From positions 1 through 62,626 of IMG/VR virus record IMGVR_UViG_3300027822_000003: DNA of 62,626 nucleotides; one strand, given 5' to 3'. The DNA comes from a virus. Of the stretch, positions 42,756 through 51,069 are shown piece after piece (position 1 is the first letter of the stretch; each line of letters opens with the position of its first letter). Made by a program: the position numbers and the translations under genes. The notes under the pieces were generated by a model. The model saw nothing but the letters and a program-made list of their open reading frames with translations, had not been told where the DNA came from and searched no databases.

Positions 42756-44690
42756 ATGCTTAAAGTAAGAAATAATTATAAAACAAATCTGACAAAAAGC
42801 ATTACAGCGTCAACTACAGAATTGCAAATTGATAGAGCCCCATCTCCTATCCTGACGCTTTCAAATAGTGATGACCATTTTTTATTGTTGTTAACCGATG
42901 AAGCCGGTAACTTTGAAGTTATTAAATGTGTTGGTATAATCGGCAGAATAGTAACGGTCGGAATAACCTTAAACACCCCAAACATAAACGGGCGCGGGTA
43001 TGACAATACAACAGCACTTGTAATTGATAAAGATGAAGACCATACATTGCGCATGGTTGTGACTTCGAGTGCGCTTGATGAATTTTTAGCCAATTTAGCG
43101 GCTATAGATGCGTCATTTATCATTGCCTCTACTGTCGAGGCCGAAGCTGGCGTAAACGATGAACACGTCTTGTCATCGTTGAAGGGTGTAGAGATGTTTG
43201 AGGCTTATGCGCCTTTAGCATCTCAAATACAAGCTGAAACCGGAACCGACAACATCTCGCGCATGTCGCCTTTAAGAGAAATGCAAGGTTTTAATTCTTA
43301 TCTTGAAGAAAACCTTCCGATTAATACAGCCATGTTTTTCAAGCAAAAGACTGTCCCGACAAATTGGGTATTCGATTCCTCTTACAATGATATGGTAATA
43401 CTTAATACATCAACGCAAAGTGAAGGCGGGAGTACAGGCGGAAGCTGGACGTTTTCAGGAATAAGCGTTAATGGCCATGCTGTAACATTGTCAGAATTTC
43501 CAAGTCATAAGCATGGCATTGATGTAAGGTGGCACGTAGCTTCCACCGGGGGCACAGTTCGAAATGCTGACTGGGGCGGAACGCCCATGGATATTGAAAC
43601 GAAGGCCGCTGGCAGCGGACTTGCGCATACACATGGTATGGCTTCGGGAAATACTTGGAGGCCAGCTTATAGTAAGCTTATTTCTTGTAAATATCTTTCT
43701 CCGCCAGAATTAGACGGTTCCTTCACATCAATCCAGGATGATAATTTTAATTTTATTGGCTATGGAGCGATGGCTTTATCTGAACCATACATATTCGTTG
43801 TAAGTTATGGGGAAAACTCCTTTTCGGTAGTGGATATTTCTGATCCAAACTTTCCTGTAAAGATTGCTACATTATCGTTATCTCCATATCAATATATGCA
43901 AACGGTGGCCGTCGCTGAAAACTATGCATATACAATAGGTTCTGATGGCGTAAATTATCAATTAATCATAATTGATATTTCAACTCCCGATACGCCTTTT
44001 ATAGCAGCAACGCTAATAGATTCAAAATTTGATAGTGGTTCTAACCAAATAATAGTTCATGGTGATTATTTATTTACTGGAATGTATTCTGATTTTTATA
44101 TTAATACGATTGATATCTCAAATCCATTATCTCCAAGTATAGTAGCTTCTTTTTATAGCGTGACAGCTCCAGCCATAAAAGGAGTGATAGGTTTTAGCAT
44201 TCAGGAGAACTATTTATATGTCGCGGTAACCCCATATACAGGAACCGATTGTTTTGCTATTATTGATATCTCCGATCCGCTTTCTTTTGCTGCAAAAGGA
44301 TATATCACAAATGGCGTAGTTATGAATTCACGTTCATTAAAAGTTAGCGGTTCGATAGCCTATTTGATATCCTTGTATAATGATTTAACGCTTATAGATA
44401 TTTCAGACCCACTTGATCCTGTATTGATAAGTAATACGGTAATGCATTCCGGGACATATGCTAAAGGTCTCGATATTTGGGGCGGGAGGTATGTCTTTAT
44501 GGGGTATAGTGCTACGAGTCAAGCAGCAATTGTTGTAGATACAATTAATCCTTTTATCCCTGTAGAAATAAATTATATAACAAATGCGGCCCTTGAGGCT
44601 ATCTCTAATATAATTTATCATGATGGGTATTTATTTTGTGGATGTTGGAGTTCAAATGGACAGTTTTCAAGTATAAAAGTTTGGTCTTAG
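42756..44690 (+). CDS. tail fibre protein B with C-terminal LVIVD-repeat beta-propeller
   Basis: The first 310 aa or so are paralogous to 41489-42436. They are followed by at least 5 LVIVD-type repeats (FSVVDISDPNFP, LIIIDISTPDTP, INTIDISNPLSP, FAIIDISDPLSF, LTLIDISDPLDP). Confidence 0.65.
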   Translation: MLKVRNNYKTNLTKSITASTTELQIDRAPSPILTLSNSDDHFLLLLTDEAGNFEVIKCVGIIGRIVTVGITLNTPNINGRGYDNTTALVIDKDEDHTLRMVVTSSALDEFLANLAAIDASFIIASTVEAEAGVNDEHVLSSLKGVEMFEAYAPLASQIQAETGTDNISRMSPLREMQGFNSYLEENLPINTAMFFKQKTVPTNWVFDSSYNDMVILNTSTQSEGGSTGGSWTFSGISVNGHAVTLSEFPSHKHGIDVRWHVASTGGTVRNADWGGTPMDIETKAAGSGLAHTHGMASGNTWRPAYSKLISCKYLSPPELDGSFTSIQDDNFNFIGYGAMALSEPYIFVVSYGENSFSVVDISDPNFPVKIATLSLSPYQYMQTVAVAENYAYTIGSDGVNYQLIIIDISTPDTPFIAATLIDSKFDSGSNQIIVHGDYLFTGMYSDFYINTIDISNPLSPSIVASFYSVTAPAIKGVIGFSIQENYLYVAVTPYTGTDCFAIIDISDPLSFAAKGYITNGVVMNSRSLKVSGSIAYLISLYNDLTLIDISDPLDPVLISNTVMHSGTYAKGLDIWGGRYVFMGYSATSQAAIVVDTINPFIPVEINYITNAALEAISNIIYHDGYLFCGCWSSNGQFSSIKVWS

Positions 44691-44693
44691 CAT

Positions 44694-46646
44694 ATGAAAA
44701 TAAAAATAACAGAATTCGGTGGCATGGCTCCAGGAACAGCAGGGCATCTTTTACCGGCTAATGGGGCGCAAGACACTGAAAATGTTAATTATGATAAAGG
44801 TGATCTTCGGGCATGGAAAATGCCTTTTTTAACAGCTTCTATCATAAGTACATATGATGCAACAGCACAATATTTAGCTACTGATGCAAAACAAGTTATC
44901 TACAGTGGGCGGCTTTATTATTGCACAAGTGACACTCCTAACCCTGCGGGTGCATGGGATGATACTAAATGGACGCTAATTCCAATACAAAGTTTATTCC
45001 GATTTGAAGAAAATTCTAATTCCCATTGGATTGTTTCAGATAAAACACGTGATTATGTTAGATCTCTTAATCCTTCAGATATATATGAACGTGTCTATCT
45101 CTCCGGCGAAAATGAATTATGGGTATATTGCAATGACCTTGTATCATCTCCTTTCGACCCATGGGGAGACTATTATAAATTGGGGGTGCCTGCGCCTACC
45201 TCGGCGTGTGTGGTAGATACGTATACAGGTAGCGGTTCTGATTATAGAGCTTGGTATTATACTTATGTAAACAAATATGGTGAAGAAGGCCCTCCAAGTG
45301 ATATTGTCGAAGTTGCTGATTATCTTTCGGGGAATGTTACCCTTGATACTTTCACAGAACCTCCAACAGGAAGAGCTTTAGAAAATGGAGTAATACGTTT
45401 ATACAGAACCAACTCATCAACTGCCGGGATAGCAGAATTCCAACAAGTTAAAGATACAAACATAAATGGTTTTACATTTGCAACCGATAGCATAACAGAT
45501 GATGTCGCATCGGTTGATCTTGGCGAAGTATGCCCTTCCGAAACATGGAGTCCCCCACCTGATGGCCTTGAAGGGTTAACGCTTTTTTCGTCTAATATAA
45601 TGGTTGCATTTAAAGATAACGTTCTTTATATGAGTGCGCCTGGGTTCCCGCATGCCTGGCCAACTGAAAACCAATATCCAATAGCCTCGCTTATCAAGGG
45701 AATCAAAGTCTATGGCGCCATCATTTATGCCGTAACAGACGATTTGTATTATTTTTTTTATGGCGATGACCCTGGGAATATGAGCAAGGATAATTCAGAA
45801 ACAATGTATCCTTGTTCATCTAAAGCGAGTATGGCAACATGCAATGCAGGTGTCCTTTTCGCGGGGAATGAAGGATTAATGCTGCTCAATGCAAGCGGTT
45901 GCATTAATATAACGCAAGGTAGCGTTTATGGTGTTCAGGATTGGATTGATATGAATCCAACGACCATGAACGGGACGTTTTATAACGGAAAGTATTTTTT
46001 CTTTTATACAGATATAGATGGAAAAAGAAATGGTGCGCTGCTTGATATTGAAAGCGGGAATAAATTAACGAAACTTTCTTTATTCGCTTATGCTGGATAC
46101 CCTAGTTACGGTGATGGTGAGTTATACATGGTGTTAACCGAAAATAATCGGTACGCTGCCAATGCAAGCATGTACATCAAACAGTGGAATGCCGATCCAT
46201 ATAATTACTTGCGGCGGTTATGGAAATCCAGAAAATATTTATTACCGAATGAAATGATATTTCCTGTAGGACGTGTTTTTATAGACAGGAAATATCATCA
46301 AACAATTTTGGATACTGCTGAGGATGAAGACTATATTAAGGATTTAAACGCTCCTATTTTTGCCGCTGGAAATGTTTCCGGTGAAATCAATAGTGATGGC
46401 ATCACTGTTTTTGAAATTAATGGGGATAATTTGTATTCTCCGTCTTCCATTCAAACAAATGCTAATGCTGACTTGGAGGTATATATAGATGGTGAACTTG
46501 TCCATTCTGAGCCAATAATGAATAACAATATTTTTAAAATTTTAAAAAGTGCAAAAGGGAGTGAATTGGAAATGATAGCGTCTGGATACATACCGATGTA
46601 TACAATAGAGCTTGCAGGTTCCGCGCAAGAGATGATAACATCATAA
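44694..46646 (+). CDS. large tail structural protein (nozzle or tubular-like candidate)
   Basis: 650-aa ORF inside the tail module. No family confidently recalled. Confidence 0.3.
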   Translation: MKIKITEFGGMAPGTAGHLLPANGAQDTENVNYDKGDLRAWKMPFLTASIISTYDATAQYLATDAKQVIYSGRLYYCTSDTPNPAGAWDDTKWTLIPIQSLFRFEENSNSHWIVSDKTRDYVRSLNPSDIYERVYLSGENELWVYCNDLVSSPFDPWGDYYKLGVPAPTSACVVDTYTGSGSDYRAWYYTYVNKYGEEGPPSDIVEVADYLSGNVTLDTFTEPPTGRALENGVIRLYRTNSSTAGIAEFQQVKDTNINGFTFATDSITDDVASVDLGEVCPSETWSPPPDGLEGLTLFSSNIMVAFKDNVLYMSAPGFPHAWPTENQYPIASLIKGIKVYGAIIYAVTDDLYYFFYGDDPGNMSKDNSETMYPCSSKASMATCNAGVLFAGNEGLMLLNASGCINITQGSVYGVQDWIDMNPTTMNGTFYNGKYFFFYTDIDGKRNGALLDIESGNKLTKLSLFAYAGYPSYGDGELYMVLTENNRYAANASMYIKQWNADPYNYLRRLWKSRKYLLPNEMIFPVGRVFIDRKYHQTILDTAEDEDYIKDLNAPIFAAGNVSGEINSDGITVFEINGDNLYSPSSIQTNANADLEVYIDGELVHSEPIMNNNIFKILKSAKGSELEMIASGYIPMYTIELAGSAQEMITS

Positions 46647-46699
46647 ACATTCAATTATGATGTTATCATAACAAAAAATAAATTAGAAGGTAATGAATT

Positions 46700-46882
46700 A
46701 TGGAATCTATGAAAGATTTTTTTATCCAGAATTTCCCTGTTGCTACTCAAGACAACGTTTTAATGGGAACGTATTCATCCAAGAGTATATCAACAATCAG
46801 AGCAAAAAAAATTAAGTATTTAAAACTTTTTAAGAAAGAAATTGGGGGGAGAATTAACTATGAGCCACGAGAATATACTTAA
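46700..46882 (+). CDS. hypothetical protein
   Basis: 60-aa ORF. Confidence 0.3.
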   Translation: MESMKDFFIQNFPVATQDNVLMGTYSSKSISTIRAKKIKYLKLFKKEIGGRINYEPREYT

Positions 46883-47174
46883 AGAGGGTACTACTCTATT
46901 ATTGACAAAAAATAGTCGGCTTCCTGAAGGGTATCGTTTAAAAGAGATTGAGCCATTTAAAACATTAAATGGCGGTTGCTTGCATCAAGATTGCCAAGTT
47001 GCAGGAAGTATACCAAAAAATACTGCTTTTATCCACAATCACTTTATTCCATCTTCTATTAGGACTCAAGGAATTTCAAGAAAAGGCTCCTGGTCTTCTA
47101 AAGAAATTCCAATGACCACACAAAAAAAAGAAAGTTTTTTAAAAAAACTTTTTAATAAATTATTTGAATCATAG
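46860..47174 (+). CDS. hypothetical protein
   Basis: ATG 46860 (MSHENILK) after a GGGGGGAG tract. Confidence 0.4.
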   Translation: MSHENILKEGTTLLLTKNSRLPEGYRLKEIEPFKTLNGGCLHQDCQVAGSIPKNTAFIHNHFIPSSIRTQGISRKGSWSSKEIPMTTQKKESFLKKLFNKLFES

Positions 47175-47195
47175 AGATATACCCTTGGTGAGAAT

Positions 47196-47339
47196 ATGAC
47201 AATACCAAAAATTAAAGAACCTACCATGTCGGCTGATAATGTTGACATTAGAAAGATTTATGATATTTTGAGAAGCATTAAGAGGGCGGTGGAATGGCTG
47301 GACACGGAAATCAAGAGAGTGGAGTCGCTGATTCCATAA
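47196..47339 (+). CDS. 47-aa helical micro-protein
   Basis: MTIPKIKEPTMSADNVDIRKIYDILRSIKRAVEWLDTEIKRVESLIP. Overlaps the next ORF's start. Confidence 0.3.
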   Translation: MTIPKIKEPTMSADNVDIRKIYDILRSIKRAVEWLDTEIKRVESLIP

Positions 47340-47851
47340 AAATTATTCCATATGTTAAGCAGGATGGTATTCCTTCTTTTCGTGATTCCGAGATTGTTTA
47401 TTTATGGGAAAAGGCTGTTCAAGAAAATCTTGATAACTTTATTTTGTTTGATATTGTAGAAAAAAATAAAACTTCTTTTTTGTATTATATGAAACATGTA
47501 AATATTCAACTTTTTATAATTTTTTTTAAAGAAAAACTTGCCGGTTTTGTTTGGCTATCAGATACCTTTTCAAAAAAAGCAAATATACATGGAATTCTTT
47601 TTAAAGAATTTTGGGGAGAAAAGGCTATTATGATAGGAAGGTTTGTGCTTAATTCTATTATAAATTTAAAATTTAAGGATGAATTTTTATATGATGTGCT
47701 TGTTGGAATTATCCCTACCGAAAATTTATCCGCTTGTTCTTTTGTGCCGAAAATAGGCATGCTTTATTCTGGGGAGATACCTTTTTTTTTATTTTCTGCT
47801 AAACAAAAAAAACAAGTTCCAGCGCATTTTTTTTATTATGCCAGAGGTTAA
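47294..47851 (+). CDS. GNAT-family (RimJ/RimL-like) N-acetyltransferase candidate
   Basis: AGFVWLSD...ANIHGILFKEFWGEKAIMIGRFVLNSII...VGIIPTENLSACSFVPKIGMLYSGEIP resembles the motif A/B region (..h..f..f.G...a........f......l.g.i...N..a..f..K.G....G.ip). Confidence 0.45.
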   Translation: MAGHGNQESGVADSIKIIPYVKQDGIPSFRDSEIVYLWEKAVQENLDNFILFDIVEKNKTSFLYYMKHVNIQLFIIFFKEKLAGFVWLSDTFSKKANIHGILFKEFWGEKAIMIGRFVLNSIINLKFKDEFLYDVLVGIIPTENLSACSFVPKIGMLYSGEIPFFLFSAKQKKQVPAHFFYYARG

Positions 47852-47857
47852 GAGTCT

Positions 47858-48535
47858 ATGGAAATAACGACAAAAATTATATACAACATGGAAACATGGG
47901 ATGTAATAGAAGAAGAATCTTTTGAGTATGATGGTGAAGTTAGCCTTTGTGGTAGCAGTGGTGGGCCATCGCAAAAAATAGATTATGAATATAATCGGCG
48001 AATGGCTGATCTGGCTGAACGCGAAACAGCTATGGCAGAAAAATATTTTGATGCTTGGAATCTTAGCCCAAGAAAATTGGAAGAAGAAACTGCCGCTGCT
48101 AATATAGATCTTTTGCCATTACAAACCAGAGAAGAAAAAGCCTCAATACCTCTTCGTGGAGAAACTGAAAGATTAGGCTTAAAGCATCAGCAAAAATTAA
48201 TGGAAAACAGCGAAAAATTTTTAAGAGACAGCGAAAAATTTTTAATAGAACGTGCGCCAGTTCAAACAGAATTTTTCAAACAAGCATTAACCGGGATTGA
48301 TGTTGGTAAGCGTAAAGAAGAGGCTGTTGCGGAGGTTGAACATGCATATAGTCAAGCAATGCCACAATATATGCAAAATCTTGGAAGGCGAGGGCTAACA
48401 GCCAGACCTGGAGATTTGCGTAAAGCGTCATTTGATAAAGCTAAAGCAAAAGCCGGAGCATCAACTCATGCTGGGATAACTGCTGAAGCTGAAAACTTTG
48501 AAAGGCTTAATCTTGCCAATAGCTTTAAGCAATAG
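47858..48535 (+). CDS. internal virion / ejection-module protein candidate
   Basis: 225-aa helical ORF. Call rests on position. Confidence 0.3.
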   Translation: MEITTKIIYNMETWDVIEEESFEYDGEVSLCGSSGGPSQKIDYEYNRRMADLAERETAMAEKYFDAWNLSPRKLEEETAAANIDLLPLQTREEKASIPLRGETERLGLKHQQKLMENSEKFLRDSEKFLIERAPVQTEFFKQALTGIDVGKRKEEAVAEVEHAYSQAMPQYMQNLGRRGLTARPGDLRKASFDKAKAKAGASTHAGITAEAENFERLNLANSFKQ

Positions 48536-48546
48536 GATATAAAAAA

Positions 48547-49134
48547 ATGATACAACCTTTTTACAATAGTCCCGACACCGATAGACTGAAAAGCCCGGCA
48601 ACACAAGGATTAGGCCGGGCGCGCGGTTTGTTGGGGAGTATGCAAAAGAAACAAAGTATCTCTGAGCCTCCAAAAACAGTAACGGGTGGGGTATTGTCTG
48701 GCGTTGGCGGAGGTGAACTTGGGTGGACGGTTGGCAAAAGTATTGGAGAAATAATACTGACATCTAAAACCGCAACAGAAACAGCCGCCGGTGTAAGTGG
48801 TGCAGCAGGCGGTGCAGCCGGTGCAGCAGGCGGTGCAGCCGGTGCAGCAGGCGGTGCTATGGGAACACTTGCTGTACCAAGTATAGGTGGTGCAGCAGGC
48901 GGTGCAGCAGCCGGTGCTATGGGAACACTTGCTGTACCAAGTATAGGCGGTGCAGCAGGCGGTGCAGCCGGTGCAGCAGGCGGTGCTATGGGAACACTTG
49001 CTGTACCAAGTATAGGTGGTGCAGCAGCCGGTGCAGGCGGTGCGGCAGCTTCCGGTGCGGCAAGTGGTAGTTTGGCCGGGCCAATTGGAGCGGCTATCGG
49101 TATAGGAGCAGGGCTTGCAATGTATTATTTGTAA
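48547..49134 (+). CDS. Gly/Ala-repeat hydrophobic virion protein
   Basis: Three copies of ...AAGGAMGTLAVPSIGGAAGGAA... ending GPIGAAIGIGAGLAMYYL. Confidence 0.5.
   Translation: MIQPFYNSPDTDRLKSPATQGLGRARGLLGSMQKKQSISEPPKTVTGGVLSGVGGGELGWTVGKSIGEIILTSKTATETAAGVSGAAGGAAGAAGGAAGAAGGAMGTLAVPSIGGAAGGAAAGAMGTLAVPSIGGAAGGAAGAAGGAMGTLAVPSIGGAAAGAGGAAASGAASGSLAGPIGAAIGIGAGLAMYYL
48797..49060 (+). repeat. nested coding tandem repeats (60/69-bp units containing 9/18-bp GGTGCAGC[AC]GG sub-repeats)
   Basis: ggtgctatgggaacacttgctgtaccaagtatagg starts at 48853, 48913 and 48982. Confidence 0.85.
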
Positions 49135-49148
49135 AGAAAGGGTGAAAG

Positions 49149-51044
49149 ATGGATAGCTGGGGTAGACCAGAGATTAGAGATTTCATAGGGGTTTCCAATA
49201 TTGTTAGAGGTATTGGTAATGATGTAAGGACATCAAGAGAGAACAAGCAAGCAACAGAATTAACCCAAAAATTTTTAAGAGACCCTAACGCCGATGTTAA
49301 CCAAGCAGCATTAGGGTACTCGCCTAAAGCCATAAAATCAGCGACAGGTGCGACAGCAGGGTTAAGCAATATCCAGGGAATGAGAAGAACTCTTGCTCAA
49401 CAAGGCCAACAAAGAAATGTTGAGAATCAACTTGCAAGCATGTCGGCTGAAGATTTATCGCAAATAGACCCTAAAGAATTTGGCCAGTTTGGTGATAACG
49501 CTTTTCATGCAAGGCAAACGGCGGCTACACTTCTTAATGATTATTCACAAATACCTGAAATAAAAGAAAGAATAAAAACTGGCAGAGTCAAGGAGTCTGC
49601 GGGGAAACATTCTGATTTCATTAAATTTTATAACAACATTGAGTCTGCTGTTAAAATAGGAGATGATAACAAAGCTTTGCAATTATTTTCAGCATTAACG
49701 GATCAATCACCTACTCCATATAGAACCGGAGAAATTAAAAACGGCAAAATAGAAGTTTTTATGGTTGAGGATGGAGAAAAGCAAGAATCTACTTGGATTT
49801 CTCCGCAAGAAGCTCTTGGAGAATTGTCAAAATTTAAAGATACAAAGAATTTTGTTGTTCAATCCATGCATGCAGCCGATGCAGCGAAACAATTAAATAT
49901 GGAATCAGCCTTAAACCCAATAGTATTTGTTAATCCCAAAACGAATAAAAGAATTAATGTTATTCGTAGTTTAAGAACAGATACCAATAATGTTGGTTAT
50001 GAAATTTTTGATGACAACGGAAGATTGGTAGATGTAACGGAAGACCCAAAGTATTTCACAAAACATGGTTTTAAAAAAGCAACAGCGGCAGGCAAACCTA
50101 TGACTGCGGCTCAAGCGGCAAAACAAGGACTTGCTGAACGAAAATATGCCAGGGAAGGCACATACACTACTCCAAAACAAAAATCTGATTTTAATGTAAA
50201 GGCTCTGAAGCTTGTACAGGAAAATTTGGCTATAGGTGAGTCTGTAACACAGGAAGCTCTTTGGAAAACATATGGACAGTTGCATGGCCTTGATGTAATA
50301 CCAGGAATAGGAGATAAAGCGGGGCAATTTTTGTTAACAGATGGGCAGGGTAATATGTATAATCAGTATGCTCAGAAATTAAAGCCAGCAGGCGGCGCAA
50401 AAGAAAAGAAATCTGGTCTGGCCACCAAGAATAGGATTAAACCAGGAGCTGGCGCAAAAACAAAAAAACCGCAAATAGGATTAAGCTCGAAGAAAAACCC
50501 ACAACAAAAAAAACAACAGTCATTCCAGAGATCAAAAATAACTGGTGATCCCAACAAGCCTGTTTTTGATACAAAAGATATTACAAGGGCTGCCAAGGCT
50601 ATATTTAAAGTTGGTATGAAAGCGAGTGACCTTGCCGATGCAGCGCGAGCGTATTTAATAAAAACAAAAAATAAAGTAACGGATGCTGCGGTTAATCAAA
50701 TAGTTAAAGCTGCAAAAGCAATGACCGCATCTCAGGCAAAAGCCAGAAAGCAATCATTCTCCGGCCCAGGATATGGAAAAAGAAAAGATGGAACGAAAAA
50801 AGGTAAAGGATTCTTAGGTGAATTAAAAAGACCCGATGGTAGAGTTTCAACTGAACTTTCTATAGGTGTAACTTTTGATGGGAAAGAAACAGAAATACCG
50901 ACACTTATCCCGACATTAACTCAAAAAGAAATAACTCTTTTGCTAAGAGGCGACAAGCCAACAAGGGAAATTGTAAAAAAATCAGTAGAACATGCTAAAA
51001 AAAGAATAAGACAAGGTAAAAGTCCCTTTAAAGAAGAAAAATAA
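49149..51044 (+). CDS. internal virion / ejection protein candidate
   Basis: 631-aa ORF. Lys-rich centre. C-terminal block GFLGELKRPDGRVSTELSIGVTFDGKETEIPTLIPTLTQKEI. Confidence 0.35.
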   Translation: MDSWGRPEIRDFIGVSNIVRGIGNDVRTSRENKQATELTQKFLRDPNADVNQAALGYSPKAIKSATGATAGLSNIQGMRRTLAQQGQQRNVENQLASMSAEDLSQIDPKEFGQFGDNAFHARQTAATLLNDYSQIPEIKERIKTGRVKESAGKHSDFIKFYNNIESAVKIGDDNKALQLFSALTDQSPTPYRTGEIKNGKIEVFMVEDGEKQESTWISPQEALGELSKFKDTKNFVVQSMHAADAAKQLNMESALNPIVFVNPKTNKRINVIRSLRTDTNNVGYEIFDDNGRLVDVTEDPKYFTKHGFKKATAAGKPMTAAQAAKQGLAERKYAREGTYTTPKQKSDFNVKALKLVQENLAIGESVTQEALWKTYGQLHGLDVIPGIGDKAGQFLLTDGQGNMYNQYAQKLKPAGGAKEKKSGLATKNRIKPGAGAKTKKPQIGLSSKKNPQQKKQQSFQRSKITGDPNKPVFDTKDITRAAKAIFKVGMKASDLADAARAYLIKTKNKVTDAAVNQIVKAAKAMTASQAKARKQSFSGPGYGKRKDGTKKGKGFLGELKRPDGRVSTELSIGVTFDGKETEIPTLIPTLTQKEITLLLRGDKPTREIVKKSVEHAKKRIRQGKSPFKEEK

Positions 51045-51069
51045 AAAGCAATCATTCGGACAATAAAAT

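Noticed and set aside
41489-44690. Diversity-generating retroelement (TR/VR) as an explanation for the tail-fibre repeat
   Set aside because: There is no reverse transcriptase anywhere in the genome. The differences between the two copies are not restricted to adenine positions, and the similarity spans whole domains. Ordinary paralogy explains it.
48797-49060. CRISPR-like or non-coding satellite interpretation of the tandem repeats
   Set aside because: The repeats are in frame within a continuous ORF, have no unique spacers of constant length, and translate to a Gly/Ala repeat protein.
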